In this document: piece after piece, positions 27,635-36,819 of the stretch
Layout: each line of letters opens with the position of its first letter
Position numbering within the stretch: position 1 is the first letter of the stretch
DNA from: Parcubacteria group bacterium
GTDB taxonomy: Bacteria > Patescibacteriota > Minisyncoccia > Phycocordibacterales > CALRBT01
Assembly (NCBI GenBank): GCA_943354475.1
Contig: CALRBT010000004.1
Coordinates: 1-56,874 of the forward strand
Length of the DNA stretch: 56,874 nucleotides
Reading direction: 5' to 3'
Program-made: the position numbers and the translations under genes
The notes under the pieces: generated by a model
What the model saw: the letters and a program-made list of their open reading frames with translations, nothing else
Database searches by the model: none
Told to the model about the DNA's origin: nothing

Positions 27635-27762
27635 TAGGGTCATTTGTTATATTTTTAGATTAAATATTTCGTCGGGAGGTTGATATTGTGGCAGGCCTTG
27701 GCTTTACCACTAAGACCACCCACTTGGGTAGTAATCTCAAGTCAATATCTCAAATGATCCTA
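27635..27762 (+). ncRNA. 6S-like rod-shaped RNA candidate
   Basis: The 5' end tagggtcatttg pairs with the 3' end caaatgatccta. An inner agatta/taatct stem, a central bubble and a terminal hairpin follow. TTGATT-16-TATACT promoter upstream; hairpin plus T-tract at 27767-27800. Confidence 0.55.
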
Positions 27763-27828
27763 ACGAAAGACTCTCTCTATAATTTTGGAGAGGGTTTTTG
27801 GTTTTAGTGTGAACAGTTTGATATACTG

Positions 27829-27953
27829 TTAGAGCTTTAGATTTAGATGCAGTTCTAGGAACAAGGAAGACGGTTTCTGGAGGCGTACTAAGTCGTACGA
27901 CGTAAGAAACTGACGACGTAGTGACAACGAAATGCACTAAATATAAACTCTAA
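27829..27953 (+). repeat. Palindromic repeat family, copy C
   Basis: TAGATGCAGTTCTAGG ... GACAACGAAATGC core homologous to copy A; imperfect outer stem ttagagctttagattta / taaatataaactctaa. Confidence 0.75.
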
Positions 27954-27957
27954 TCAA

Positions 27958-29316
27958 ATGAAAATATCTTTTTATGGTGGAGCAGGAATGGTTACAGGGT
28001 CAAATTTTTTACTTGAGAGTGAAACCAAGAAGTTTATAGTTGACTGCGGATTGTTTCAAGGTCTCGGTGAAAATACAACGCAGGCTAATAGCAAACTGTT
28101 CGCGTATGACCCAAGCATGGTTGATGTTGTGCTCGTGACTCATGCTCATATGGATCATATTGGCAGGATTCCCAAACTAGTTAAAGACGGGTTTGTGGGG
28201 GTGATTTACTCAACCAAAGAAACACGTGAACTAGCAGAATTGATGCTAAATGACAGCGTTGGTCTGATGGATAAGGATGCAAAGCTTCATAATCTGGTAC
28301 CAATTTATGACGAGAGTCATGTCAGAGCCACACTTGGACTCTGGAAGGGGGTTGAGTACCACCAGAGTGTTGATATCGGAGATGGTGTCAGTGCCTTATT
28401 TAAAGACGCTGGACACGTACTTGGATCATCAATGATTGAGCTAACCCACAAAGACAAGAAAATGGTTTTCTCGGGGGACTTGGGTAGCTCACCATCAATT
28501 CTTTTGCGAGATACCGAAGCTTTAGATAAGCCAGATTACCTGGTAATTGAGAGTACGTATGGTGCATCAAACCACGAACCAAAAGAAAAACGATTAGAGG
28601 ATTTACGAGTAATCATTAACGACACCTTTATGCGCAAAGGGGCGCTGATTATCCCAGCATTTTCACTCGAACGAACGCAGGAAATTCTTTATGACCTTAA
28701 TGAACTAGTAGAATCAAGTGAGGTTAAGCAGATTCCCGTATTCCTAGATTCACCTCTGGCAATCAAAATTACGGAGATATATAAACATGGTACAAAGCAC
28801 TTCAACGATACGGTCAAATCGAGGATATCTAAAGGGGATAACATCCTTGAGTTTCCTAAGCTCAAATTAACGCTGTGGAGCGGTGAATCACATAAGATTG
28901 CGGATACTCCTAACCCAAAAATCATTATCGCTGGCGGCGGAATGTCGACGGGAGGCAGGATTCTTTTTCACGAACAAATATATCTCCCTGACCCTAATAA
29001 CACACTACTCATTGTTGGTTATCAAGCCGTGGGGAGTCTTGGTAGGGCGATTGAAGAAGGGGCGAAAGAACTTACTATTCATGGCGAAGAGGTGCCTGTA
29101 CGGGCCAAAATTTCCAAAATTAAGAGTTATTCTGGACACAAGGACATGGACGAGATACTTTCTTTTGTTGAACCATCAGCAGAACACTTGAAAAAAACTT
29201 TTTTGGTTCATGGTGAAATGAAACAAGCACTCTTTTTGGCACAACGATTAAAGGATTACTTGGGAGTTAGTGCGACAGTTCCAAAGATAGGGGACTCATT
29301 TGAAATTGATTTTTAA
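27958..29316 (+). CDS. Metallo-beta-lactamase/beta-CASP RNA-processing nuclease
   Basis: THAHMDHIG, AGHVLG, FSGDLG, ESTYG, SGHKD and VHGE motifs. Confidence 0.9.
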   Translation: MKISFYGGAGMVTGSNFLLESETKKFIVDCGLFQGLGENTTQANSKLFAYDPSMVDVVLVTHAHMDHIGRIPKLVKDGFVGVIYSTKETRELAELMLNDSVGLMDKDAKLHNLVPIYDESHVRATLGLWKGVEYHQSVDIGDGVSALFKDAGHVLGSSMIELTHKDKKMVFSGDLGSSPSILLRDTEALDKPDYLVIESTYGASNHEPKEKRLEDLRVIINDTFMRKGALIIPAFSLERTQEILYDLNELVESSEVKQIPVFLDSPLAIKITEIYKHGTKHFNDTVKSRISKGDNILEFPKLKLTLWSGESHKIADTPNPKIIIAGGGMSTGGRILFHEQIYLPDPNNTLLIVGYQAVGSLGRAIEEGAKELTIHGEEVPVRAKISKIKSYSGHKDMDEILSFVEPSAEHLKKTFLVHGEMKQALFLAQRLKDYLGVSATVPKIGDSFEIDF

Positions 29317-29358
29317 ATGAAATAATAAAATAAATTTTTGTGTTACTATAAATGTTCT

Positions 29359-29967
29359 ATGGAAAAAGATTTACCAGTAAATTTAAGAAAATATAAATTG
29401 TGTGTCTCAGGGGCCGCTGAGACAGGACACTGTGGTGTTGATGCTTTTGAACAAGCAAAAGAGCTTGGGCGAGAGGTTGTTCGTCAGGGTTGTATCCTTA
29501 CTACAGGGGCAACAACGGGCTTTCCTTTTTGGGCAGCAGTTGGAGCAAAAGAAGCCAAAGGTATCTCCATCGGTTTCTCTCCTGCAACTTCTGAGCGGGA
29601 ACATCGTGATGTTTACCGACTTCCAATAGAGAATATGGACATGATTGTGTATACCGGTTTTGGATATCCTGGACGAGATCTACTACTGACTCGTTCATCT
29701 GATGCGGTGTTTATTGGGTGTGGGCGTATCGGTACCATACATGAGTTTACGATTGCTTACGAGGACGGCAAGCCCATTGGAATATTGCAGGGTGGTTGGG
29801 AAACTGATGAAGTAATCAAGAATATTATTAAAAACAGTCATCGGGTTAATAATAAGATTGTTTATGATAGTGATCCAAAAATTTTAGTAGAAAAAGTGGT
29901 TGAGTTGGTAAAAAAAGATAAAAATGAAAAGAGTGTCCGCATCGGATTTCCTCAGGAGTGGGTTTGA
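29359..29967 (+). CDS. LOG-family (Rossmann-fold nucleotide-binding) protein
   Basis: TGATTG, IGFSP and GRIGTIHEF motifs; start taken at ATG 29359. Confidence 0.75.
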   Translation: MEKDLPVNLRKYKLCVSGAAETGHCGVDAFEQAKELGREVVRQGCILTTGATTGFPFWAAVGAKEAKGISIGFSPATSEREHRDVYRLPIENMDMIVYTGFGYPGRDLLLTRSSDAVFIGCGRIGTIHEFTIAYEDGKPIGILQGGWETDEVIKNIIKNSHRVNNKIVYDSDPKILVEKVVELVKKDKNEKSVRIGFPQEWV

Positions 29968-29994
29968 TTATAAAAAATATCAAACTTTTTATAC

Positions 29995-32655
29995 ATGAAA
30001 TTATCGAAAATATCACCACTCCTTGTTTTATTTTTAGCAATAATTATCGGTGGGGCTGCTCTCTCAACTCCACTATTCACCTTTGCACAGGTTGTCGCTA
30101 CACAATCGAATAGTCAAAAGACTCCATCTGAAAGCAACAAGGTTATTTTACTAGTCGAGCAGAATGTTGCTGATGCCTTGAAATCAGAATTAGACACATA
30201 CAGTGCTGACATTCAGAGAGAATATGGTTTTCGTACTACAATCCGTCGTGTACTACCCTCTGACACAGTCGCTGTACTCAAAAACTATGTTGTCGGAGAG
30301 TATCAAAAGAATGGACTAGCAGGAGTCTTGATTGTGGGTAATGTGCCAACTGGTAACTTTTATGATCCTACTATTGACCCTTCTTCTGTTTTTAACAGCC
30401 AGGGTGATATTAAGAGCGACTCAATTTACAGAGACATCCTGGATGCTTGCACGTATCATGCTGATACCAATGCTTATTCATATGAAAACGCCAACTGTAC
30501 CCTTTCGTCAATTCCCACGGAAGCATATTGGATAGGTCGTATAACACCAAACTCATCTACGCAAAGTTCCATCACTCTCTTGAAAGATTATTTTAATCGA
30601 AATCATTCGTATCGAACGGGTACATTTTCTTATCAGAAAAAAGTCTTAGTATATGTACCATTACCTGAAGCTGATAGTGCAACTATAAATAGACTAAAGG
30701 ACTTCTCTCTATTTAATGCCTATTCTTCAAATCAGGTAAACATAGTCGATCAAACAAGTAAAACTTCCGATCAAACATATTTATCCGAATTAAAAAAAGT
30801 GCACGGCTATGAGCTCGTGTATTTTAATGGACACGGGGCTCCAAAGTTTCATGAAAAAGACATAAATTCGGGGCCAGTCGGGACTGAAGGTGAAAGGGAC
30901 CCCGCTTCACTGAGGATTAGTGGCGCAAGTGCATTTTTAGAGTTTTTCGGCTCATGCTCTGTTGGTCGTTTTACAACACCAGATTATATGGCTGGTAAGT
31001 ATCTTTTTAGCGACAGTTTGGTTGCGATTGCTCCATCAGTTCCAGTTTTCGCCGCTACTCAGGCACCACAAGCACTCAGTTACTTACTTGTATCCGGTAA
31101 ACCTGTATTTGAAGCGCTCAAGATGCTACCGCTAGGTGGTTCAAATTTACTTGGGGATCCGACACTTCGCATGAGATACCAACAAACTCCAATTGCATCA
31201 AATAAACCAGTAATTACTGTCGATAAAAAAGAGATCATCCTTAATGATTTAATTCAAAGTATACCACTGACTATACGTAATAAGGGTAATTCAAAGTTAC
31301 TCTTTGATGCCGCTCATTGGGCGTTTAGTCCAAAAGAAGATGTAAGCGTACGTCCAGATCTTTCTTTCTCTTCATCGGAAACCATTAGCGGAGGTATTGA
31401 ACCAGGCTCATCAGGGGTTCTAACGTTTACAAGTTTTCCTTGGGAGAATCTTCGCGTAGGTATATATACAGGCACTCTCTCGGTTTTATCGAATGATCCG
31501 ATTAGTCCGATTTTAAAAATACCGCTTACTGTTAAAAAAGGTGCAGTCCCGCAAGTTTGTTTAAATGGTCTTGATGTCAAAACATATCCAAAATGCATCT
31601 GTCCTATCGGAAAAGTGCAATCAGGGAACACGTGTCTTTTTAAATCATCCCCGACGGTGTCTTTGGCCCCTCTCCCAAATGATGGTTTAGATGATGGTCG
31701 TTTGATACGTTTTAAAGTTACCGCTGATTCTCGTGGTGATATTGGTATTGCAAAATTCAACTTTCGAGTATCTAGAAGTAATGCGATCTTGTCTGCATAT
31801 CAACTCTCGGTATACTCTGATTTGGAGTACTCGGTTGCTGTGCCGGTGCCAGGAAACACATCAGGAAGGAACTCTATCGGGAGTGTTACCTATAATGAGA
31901 GAGGTGGCGTTCGTGTGACTACGAGCTTTGAGGGAAAGCCACTACAGATTCCTGCAGGCCAATCTCGCTACTTTGAACTACGTGCGAAGGTTACACCGAG
32001 CGGTGATGCTTCGGCCACCACGACACTTCTCAGTGATTCTACTAGTTACACTGATATGTTGACGTATGTACCCGGTAAAGCAAGTAAATTATTCACAGAC
32101 TATTTCGTCTGGTCGCCCAATACCACGACCACATCGCAGTTTACAAACACTGATTGGACTAATGGATTTAATGTTACAGGTCTTTCGATGGATAGTGTCT
32201 CACAATTAAGGACGTGGAGTATGAATCCATCTGGTTCCATTTCCGCTACCTCCTGTATCGCAGGGTCAGGAAGCACTCTGCAACCAAAGGCAACCAATGT
32301 CTGCGACGCTACTGTTAGCTGGTCAACAACTGGAGCGAAAAGCGCTTATGTAACTATCAAAGGAGATTCACCTTATACTGTCAAGAATTATCCATACGAA
32401 TATACCGCACCTCGTCTTAACCTATTGAAAGGAGATAACGTTCCATTTTGGACGAGGGTTGGGACCTATACCGTAAGTTTGTATGTGAATGGCACAAAGC
32501 CGATAGGAACAACCACTCCTGGAACTGGTATCAAAGTAGGCGAAACAACTATCACAGTGTCTGACCCACTATCAAGAATTGATCAGAAAAGCCTTGAGCA
32601 ACTTGCTTCAATACTTGCTGGATTACAAAAAGTACTTAATGGTTTTATCAAGTAA
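29995..32655 (+). CDS. Large secreted surface protein with a gingipain/peptidase C25-like domain
   Basis: Signal or anchor peptide; GVLIVGNVP, WIGRI, FNGHG and GSCSVG motifs; then Ig-like and Cys-rich segments. Confidence 0.65.
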   Translation: MKLSKISPLLVLFLAIIIGGAALSTPLFTFAQVVATQSNSQKTPSESNKVILLVEQNVADALKSELDTYSADIQREYGFRTTIRRVLPSDTVAVLKNYVVGEYQKNGLAGVLIVGNVPTGNFYDPTIDPSSVFNSQGDIKSDSIYRDILDACTYHADTNAYSYENANCTLSSIPTEAYWIGRITPNSSTQSSITLLKDYFNRNHSYRTGTFSYQKKVLVYVPLPEADSATINRLKDFSLFNAYSSNQVNIVDQTSKTSDQTYLSELKKVHGYELVYFNGHGAPKFHEKDINSGPVGTEGERDPASLRISGASAFLEFFGSCSVGRFTTPDYMAGKYLFSDSLVAIAPSVPVFAATQAPQALSYLLVSGKPVFEALKMLPLGGSNLLGDPTLRMRYQQTPIASNKPVITVDKKEIILNDLIQSIPLTIRNKGNSKLLFDAAHWAFSPKEDVSVRPDLSFSSSETISGGIEPGSSGVLTFTSFPWENLRVGIYTGTLSVLSNDPISPILKIPLTVKKGAVPQVCLNGLDVKTYPKCICPIGKVQSGNTCLFKSSPTVSLAPLPNDGLDDGRLIRFKVTADSRGDIGIAKFNFRVSRSNAILSAYQLSVYSDLEYSVAVPVPGNTSGRNSIGSVTYNERGGVRVTTSFEGKPLQIPAGQSRYFELRAKVTPSGDASATTTLLSDSTSYTDMLTYVPGKASKLFTDYFVWSPNTTTTSQFTNTDWTNGFNVTGLSMDSVSQLRTWSMNPSGSISATSCIAGSGSTLQPKATNVCDATVSWSTTGAKSAYVTIKGDSPYTVKNYPYEYTAPRLNLLKGDNVPFWTRVGTYTVSLYVNGTKPIGTTTPGTGIKVGETTITVSDPLSRIDQKSLEQLASILAGLQKVLNGFIK

Positions 32656-32680
32656 GAAGGTTTATATAACTTTAAAAATA

Positions 32681-32717
32681 AAGAACCCCCCGCAAGCGAA
32701 GTTTGCGGGGGGTTCTT
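32681..32717. terminator. Bidirectional terminator between convergent genes
   Basis: aagaaccccccgcaa / ttgcggggggttctt arms. Confidence 0.75.
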
Positions 32718-32741
32718 AATTTAGGGCCTTAGTTTCTTAAT

Positions 32742-33086
32742 TTATGCTACAAACTTGACTACTCGCTCAAAGGTCTTAGGTCTCTCAGCGGCGAGAGAAG
32801 AGAGGATCTTTCGATCAATGAGTACATTCTTCTTGATGGCGGTTCCAATCCATTTGCTGTATGTCTGTCCAAGAGGGCGAAGTGCTGCGTTGATGCGAAC
32901 ATTCCAAAGCTTTCGGTAATCGTTTTTCTTGTCCCTTCGGTGAGCAAACGCGTAGGTACCAGCGTGGTAGATCGCTTCGTATGCCTGCTTTTCTTTGGTT
33001 CGGCGTCCCAAAAGGTAGCCCTTGGTCTTCTTCAAGACATTCTTTCGCGTTTTCAACGCATTCATTCCTTTCTTAACTCGAGTCAT
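32742..33086 (-). CDS. rplT: 50S ribosomal protein L20
   Basis: MTRVKKG, YRKLWNVRINAA and IDRKILS motifs. Confidence 0.96.
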   Translation of the reverse strand: MTRVKKGMNALKTRKNVLKKTKGYLLGRRTKEKQAYEAIYHAGTYAFAHRRDKKNDYRKLWNVRINAALRPLGQTYSKWIGTAIKKNVLIDRKILSSLAAERPKTFERVVKFVA

Positions 33087-33118
33087 ATATTTAGATTTAT
33101 TGGTTTTTTATAGGTAAC

Positions 33119-33301
33119 TTAAAAAGGGAGGAAGCGACCGAGTGGCTTATTTTTGATCACAAAAACGTTCATTTGTTTCCCAGCAAGCTGTGAGCTTCGA
33201 GACTCCTTGGCGTTGAAGTGGTTTTTACCCGGCTTTCGAGCAAGTAACTTACCATTTTTGGTTTGTTTCAAGCGTTTACTAAAAGATTTATTGGTTTTCA
33301 T
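33119..33301 (-). CDS. rpmI: 50S ribosomal protein L35
   Basis: KTNKSFSKR and HFNAK motifs; lies between infC and rplT. Confidence 0.92.
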   Translation of the reverse strand: MKTNKSFSKRLKQTKNGKLLARKPGKNHFNAKESRSSQLAGKQMNVFVIKNKPLGRFLPF

Positions 33302-33326
33302 ACAAAGTGATTATATTGTTTCTGTT

Positions 33327-33839
33327 TTATTTATCTCGCTCAATAATCATTGAAAGTCCTTTCGGCCCTTTTTTGACAGGATCTGCAATCTTATACGGCT
33401 CACTAATGAGGTGGAGAATGCGTTCCAGACGTCCCTTAAGGAAGTTATACTCCATGTACTTAGATCTTCCCGAAAGAAAGAGGTCAATCTTGATTCGATG
33501 CCCTTCCTTGAGCCACTCAGAGGTTTTTTTGGCTTTCAGGGTAAGGTCGTGCTCTCCGGTGCCAATCTTTATCTGGATACTTTTGACCTCGGTTGAATGA
33601 GACTTACTCTTTGCCTGCTTCTGTTTCTTGTTCGCTTCGTACTGGAATTTACCATAATCCATGATTTTTGCAACGGGTGGGGTCGCAGTAGGGGAGATCT
33701 CAATAAGATCACTGCCGTACTGCGCAGCCTTTGCTAGAGCCTCTGCAAGGGAGAGAACCCCCAAGCTTTCACCTTCGGGTCCAATGACCCTTAATTCTGG
33801 GGCTTTTATCTGATGATTGGCTCTAGTTGTTGTTTTCAA
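33327..33839 (-). CDS. infC: Translation initiation factor IF-3
   Basis: ELRVIG, PPVAKIMDYGKFQYE and EVKSIQ motifs; the start codon is non-ATG (TTG), as expected for infC. Confidence 0.95.
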   Translation of the reverse strand: MKTTTRANHQIKAPELRVIGPEGESLGVLSLAEALAKAAQYGSDLIEISPTATPPVAKIMDYGKFQYEANKKQKQAKSKSHSTEVKSIQIKIGTGEHDLTLKAKKTSEWLKEGHRIKIDLFLSGRSKYMEYNFLKGRLERILHLISEPYKIADPVKKGPKGLSMIIERDK

Positions 33840-33883
33840 GTGTGGAAAATATAGTCAAAACTTAGCAAGTGACTGCTCTGGTA

Positions 33884-33912
33884 TTTATAGCATATTTTAA
33901 AGGCTAGGTAAA
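33884..33912 (-). promoter_or_regulatory. Promoter for infC-rpmI-rplT
   Basis: Minus-strand TTTACC, 17-nt spacer, TATAAA. Confidence 0.5.
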
Positions 33913-34399
33913 GCCCTATCTGGGACATTGCTCACAAGGTGGTTGCTTTTACATAATCTTTTGCCATAATCAAGGAGGAAACGCAATTTTGGTGAAAAAC
34001 CATGAATGGTAGCGGAGAAGCTAAAAGTCCACCCGGGTCAGTCTCGCGGGAGAGGCTCTATACACCAAGGAAGGAAATTGATGAACTCTGGGCTAACGTC
34101 TACAAGAGAGCAAGAGAGAAAGTCTCAAATGGAATATCCCGTCACTAGTATATCCTCTGAGGATAATTCTAGTTTATCCAATCAATGGGTCAAACCACGA
34201 GGTTCTCGTTTACGAAAGTTGGGATACGCTTTATGCCCAAAGAATGAACAATAAAGATTGTGAGGAGACGTACCGACCTCTGACCGACGATGAGTACGAA
34301 CAATTCTCTCGAACGATTAGAGAAATAGAAAAATTAAAGAGAGGGAAGTTTAATTTGAGATGTTGGGGTTCACCAAAATAACGGTGAACCCCTAGTTGG

Positions 34400-35362
34400 T
34401 TAGATAGCACCCTCTACTTTTGTAGGCACCGTTGATTCTCTGAGGTTGATATAGACAATCAGAAGCGTGATTATGCTAAATACAAACGGAGGTAGGAATA
34501 ATGCAAGGGGAACAAATGACGTTATCAGATTCATCCCGAAGACGATGAGAATACCCAACGTCATGCTATGAAGCGTTGCTGCGTATGATTGCCGATAGGT
34601 AAGTCCCCACTTGAATATCTTTCCAAGAAGTTGAACGAAGATAGCGAGTAGGAATGCAAAGAGTAAATTGAGGTTGAAATAAATCAAGAAGGCAAGGAAA
34701 ATAAAGGGGATACCGATAGGAACAATAAACTTAAGTAGAGGGCGTATTTTGTTCGCGAACTCTCTGAATTTGTCCTGGTTAATGGAGGTGTTAGGGAAGT
34801 TAGAGAGGCTCTGGACGGTTATCTTACCATTACTATCTCTACTGATAATATCGGTTGCTGTAACCAAAATATGTGATTTATAGGTCGTTAATATTTGGTC
34901 AATGGCGCTAATATTTGGGTCAGCCTGAGTTGCAATAACAACGAGGTTTTCAACAGTGTTTGAAGCGTTTTTTTGGTTTAGTGTAATCGCAGGATTTCCA
35001 ATGGGGCTTTTTTCCAGTTCACTCATTTCCTTAGAGCTTGTTGCTGTAATGAATTTAGATCCAAATATATCGGGTAGTTTGATGACGTACGGTTCTGGAA
35101 CATTTGTGGAGAGATGTCCTGCTTGGATGGTGAGGGTCAGTTCTTTTGGGAAAGTCTCAATTATAGAATCGATCGATTCCTGGTCAGTCGCTTTTATGAA
35201 GACTGGGATTGATATAATTGAGAAGACAAAAGTAGAGAGGAGTGCAAGAAGACAACTCAATTTAAAGAAATAACCAACTGAGCTTTTGGTCGAGTTATTT
35301 TTTAAATCCTGATAAAACGCCGGTCCGTAGATGCTTTTTTTAATTTCTTCTATAAAATTCAT
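34400..35362 (-). CDS. Integral membrane protein (DUF1189-like)
   Basis: N-terminal TM helix, extracellular domain and a C-terminal TM cluster with the YRQSY...HSMT pattern; family assignment is from memory only. Confidence 0.6.
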   Translation of the reverse strand: MNFIEEIKKSIYGPAFYQDLKNNSTKSSVGYFFKLSCLLALLSTFVFSIISIPVFIKATDQESIDSIIETFPKELTLTIQAGHLSTNVPEPYVIKLPDIFGSKFITATSSKEMSELEKSPIGNPAITLNQKNASNTVENLVVIATQADPNISAIDQILTTYKSHILVTATDIISRDSNGKITVQSLSNFPNTSINQDKFREFANKIRPLLKFIVPIGIPFIFLAFLIYFNLNLLFAFLLAIFVQLLGKIFKWGLTYRQSYAATLHSMTLGILIVFGMNLITSFVPLALFLPPFVFSIITLLIVYINLRESTVPTKVEGAI

Positions 35363-35513
35363 ATGTTTTATATTATGAAATAACTTTACAGTACTTGCTT
35401 ATTAAACACAAGCGTGGTGTTGTGGTAAAAACTTGAGACGTTAGAAACTATTACCAAAGGTAAAAGCCGCCATTCGCTTTCGCTATGTGGCGGCTCTTGG
35501 CAACTGGAAGCAC

Positions 35514-35966
35514 TTATTTGAAGCAATTGCGTAGCTCAATCATAAATCGCATTAGGGCGGCTTCTTCTTCGATGTTTAGAGCGGGGTTATTGTAGGTTGC
35601 ACCACCGATGCGCTGAAGGCACGTGATCTTGTCGTTGAGAAGGATGAAGATCATTCCTAACTTGCCTTTGTAGGCAATGTCTACAGTTTCAGCGACACTA
35701 CCATCGGCATGCGCGGTTACATGATAGATGATACTAATTTTCCCTCCGTACACCCGGACACTTCTATCTGCCTCAAGCATTCTTTTTGCGGGATTATGTT
35801 CAGTCTGGAGATACTCATTTCCATTGAATATGTCAGGCAATTCTTCAATTTGAAGATTTGGTCGTTCCACGAGTAGATTATAGAGGACACTTCTGAATCC
35901 AGGGCTCAAAAACCATAGAGCCACGATACAAAGTATGATAGCAAAGACAATGTAGAACTGACTCAC
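35514..35966 (-). CDS. Hypothetical membrane-anchored protein
   Basis: GTG start with AAGGAG SD; N-terminal hydrophobic helix. Confidence 0.6.
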   Translation of the reverse strand: MSQFYIVFAIILCIVALWFLSPGFRSVLYNLLVERPNLQIEELPDIFNGNEYLQTEHNPAKRMLEADRSVRVYGGKISIIYHVTAHADGSVAETVDIAYKGKLGMIFILLNDKITCLQRIGGATYNNPALNIEEEAALMRFMIELRNCFK

Positions 35967-36341
35967 GAGAGATCTCCTTGGTTTGATTGCTGTCCTTGTG
36001 AACGGGACTGGCGATACTTTGCCACAAAGCTATTGAAAAATCAAAAATCTAGCATGAAATACTGATTTAATCCAAGCTTTTTGATTACAATTGTGGTTTT
36101 GAGAGTGTCACTTCACATGGTTCGACGATACCTTATAAAAAAGTGCTCCCAGCATTTCTTCATTTCCACATAATAAAACAGGTTTTCTGTCTATTCCTCG
36201 CGGCAGAGCCGACGAGGTATTAAGCATAAAACACCATGGCTGTTTTTTTGGAATAGGAATGGTCCTCCGACCACTCTGTACACAACACGTGTTTTCACCC
36301 TCGGGGCAAGACAGCGAGGTATTCAAACATCGTACTCCAAT

Positions 36342-36372
36342 AAAAATTGCCCGCAAAAAGCGGGCTGATTTT
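36342..36372 (-). terminator. Hairpin, probably the original tmRNA terminator displaced by island integration
   Basis: gcccgc-N5-gcgggc stem with a minus-strand T-tract, directly outside the ATGTGGA core at 36378. Confidence 0.55.
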
Positions 36373-36630
36373 TAAAAATGTGGACATATCTAGTAAAACA
36401 TTGAACCACTTTAAAACCTATATTACTCGGTTTTGGGAGTTCCATAAATCAAGCCCCGCTCTGCAAAATGCCCTTGAGGGTGTTGGTTAAAGCTTTCAGC
36501 AAGGGTCACAATCCTAGTATAGAACTAAGTATTAGTAGCGAGCAGTGCGCAGGTTTACGTTTACTCGCGCTCAACCCACCTTGCCAATCTTTGACAATAC
36601 TTGCCACAGTACGTTACTCTTCTCTTAACT

Positions 36631-36819
36631 ATGAGTGAAAATACATATCGCGTTGGAGAAGTCGCCAAAAAGCTCAACGTGAGTGTCCGTTCGGTGTTTC
36701 GGTATATTCACGATGAAAAGTTGAGAGCGACTAAAATTGGTTACTGGCGTGTTGATGAAAATGACCTCAAATCCTTTGTTATTGGAAGAACCAACGTAGG
36801 AAAGCCAATGAAAAAATGA
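36631..36819 (+). CDS. Small helix-turn-helix DNA-binding protein (excisionase/MerR-like)
   Basis: YRVGEVAKKLNVSVRSVFRYIHDEKLRATKIG-WRV pattern; ATG 36631; overlaps the hsdM start. Confidence 0.75.
   Translation: MSENTYRVGEVAKKLNVSVRSVFRYIHDEKLRATKIGYWRVDENDLKSFVIGRTNVGKPMKK

Noticed and set aside
34006-34254. 82-aa ORF from the track
   Set aside because: No SD at a usable distance and an unconvincing composition; the two other frames explain the region at least as well.
36108-36356. 82-aa minus-strand ORF just outside the island
   Set aside because: Its TTG start lies within the terminator hairpin and it has no recognisable motif; the region remains unexplained.
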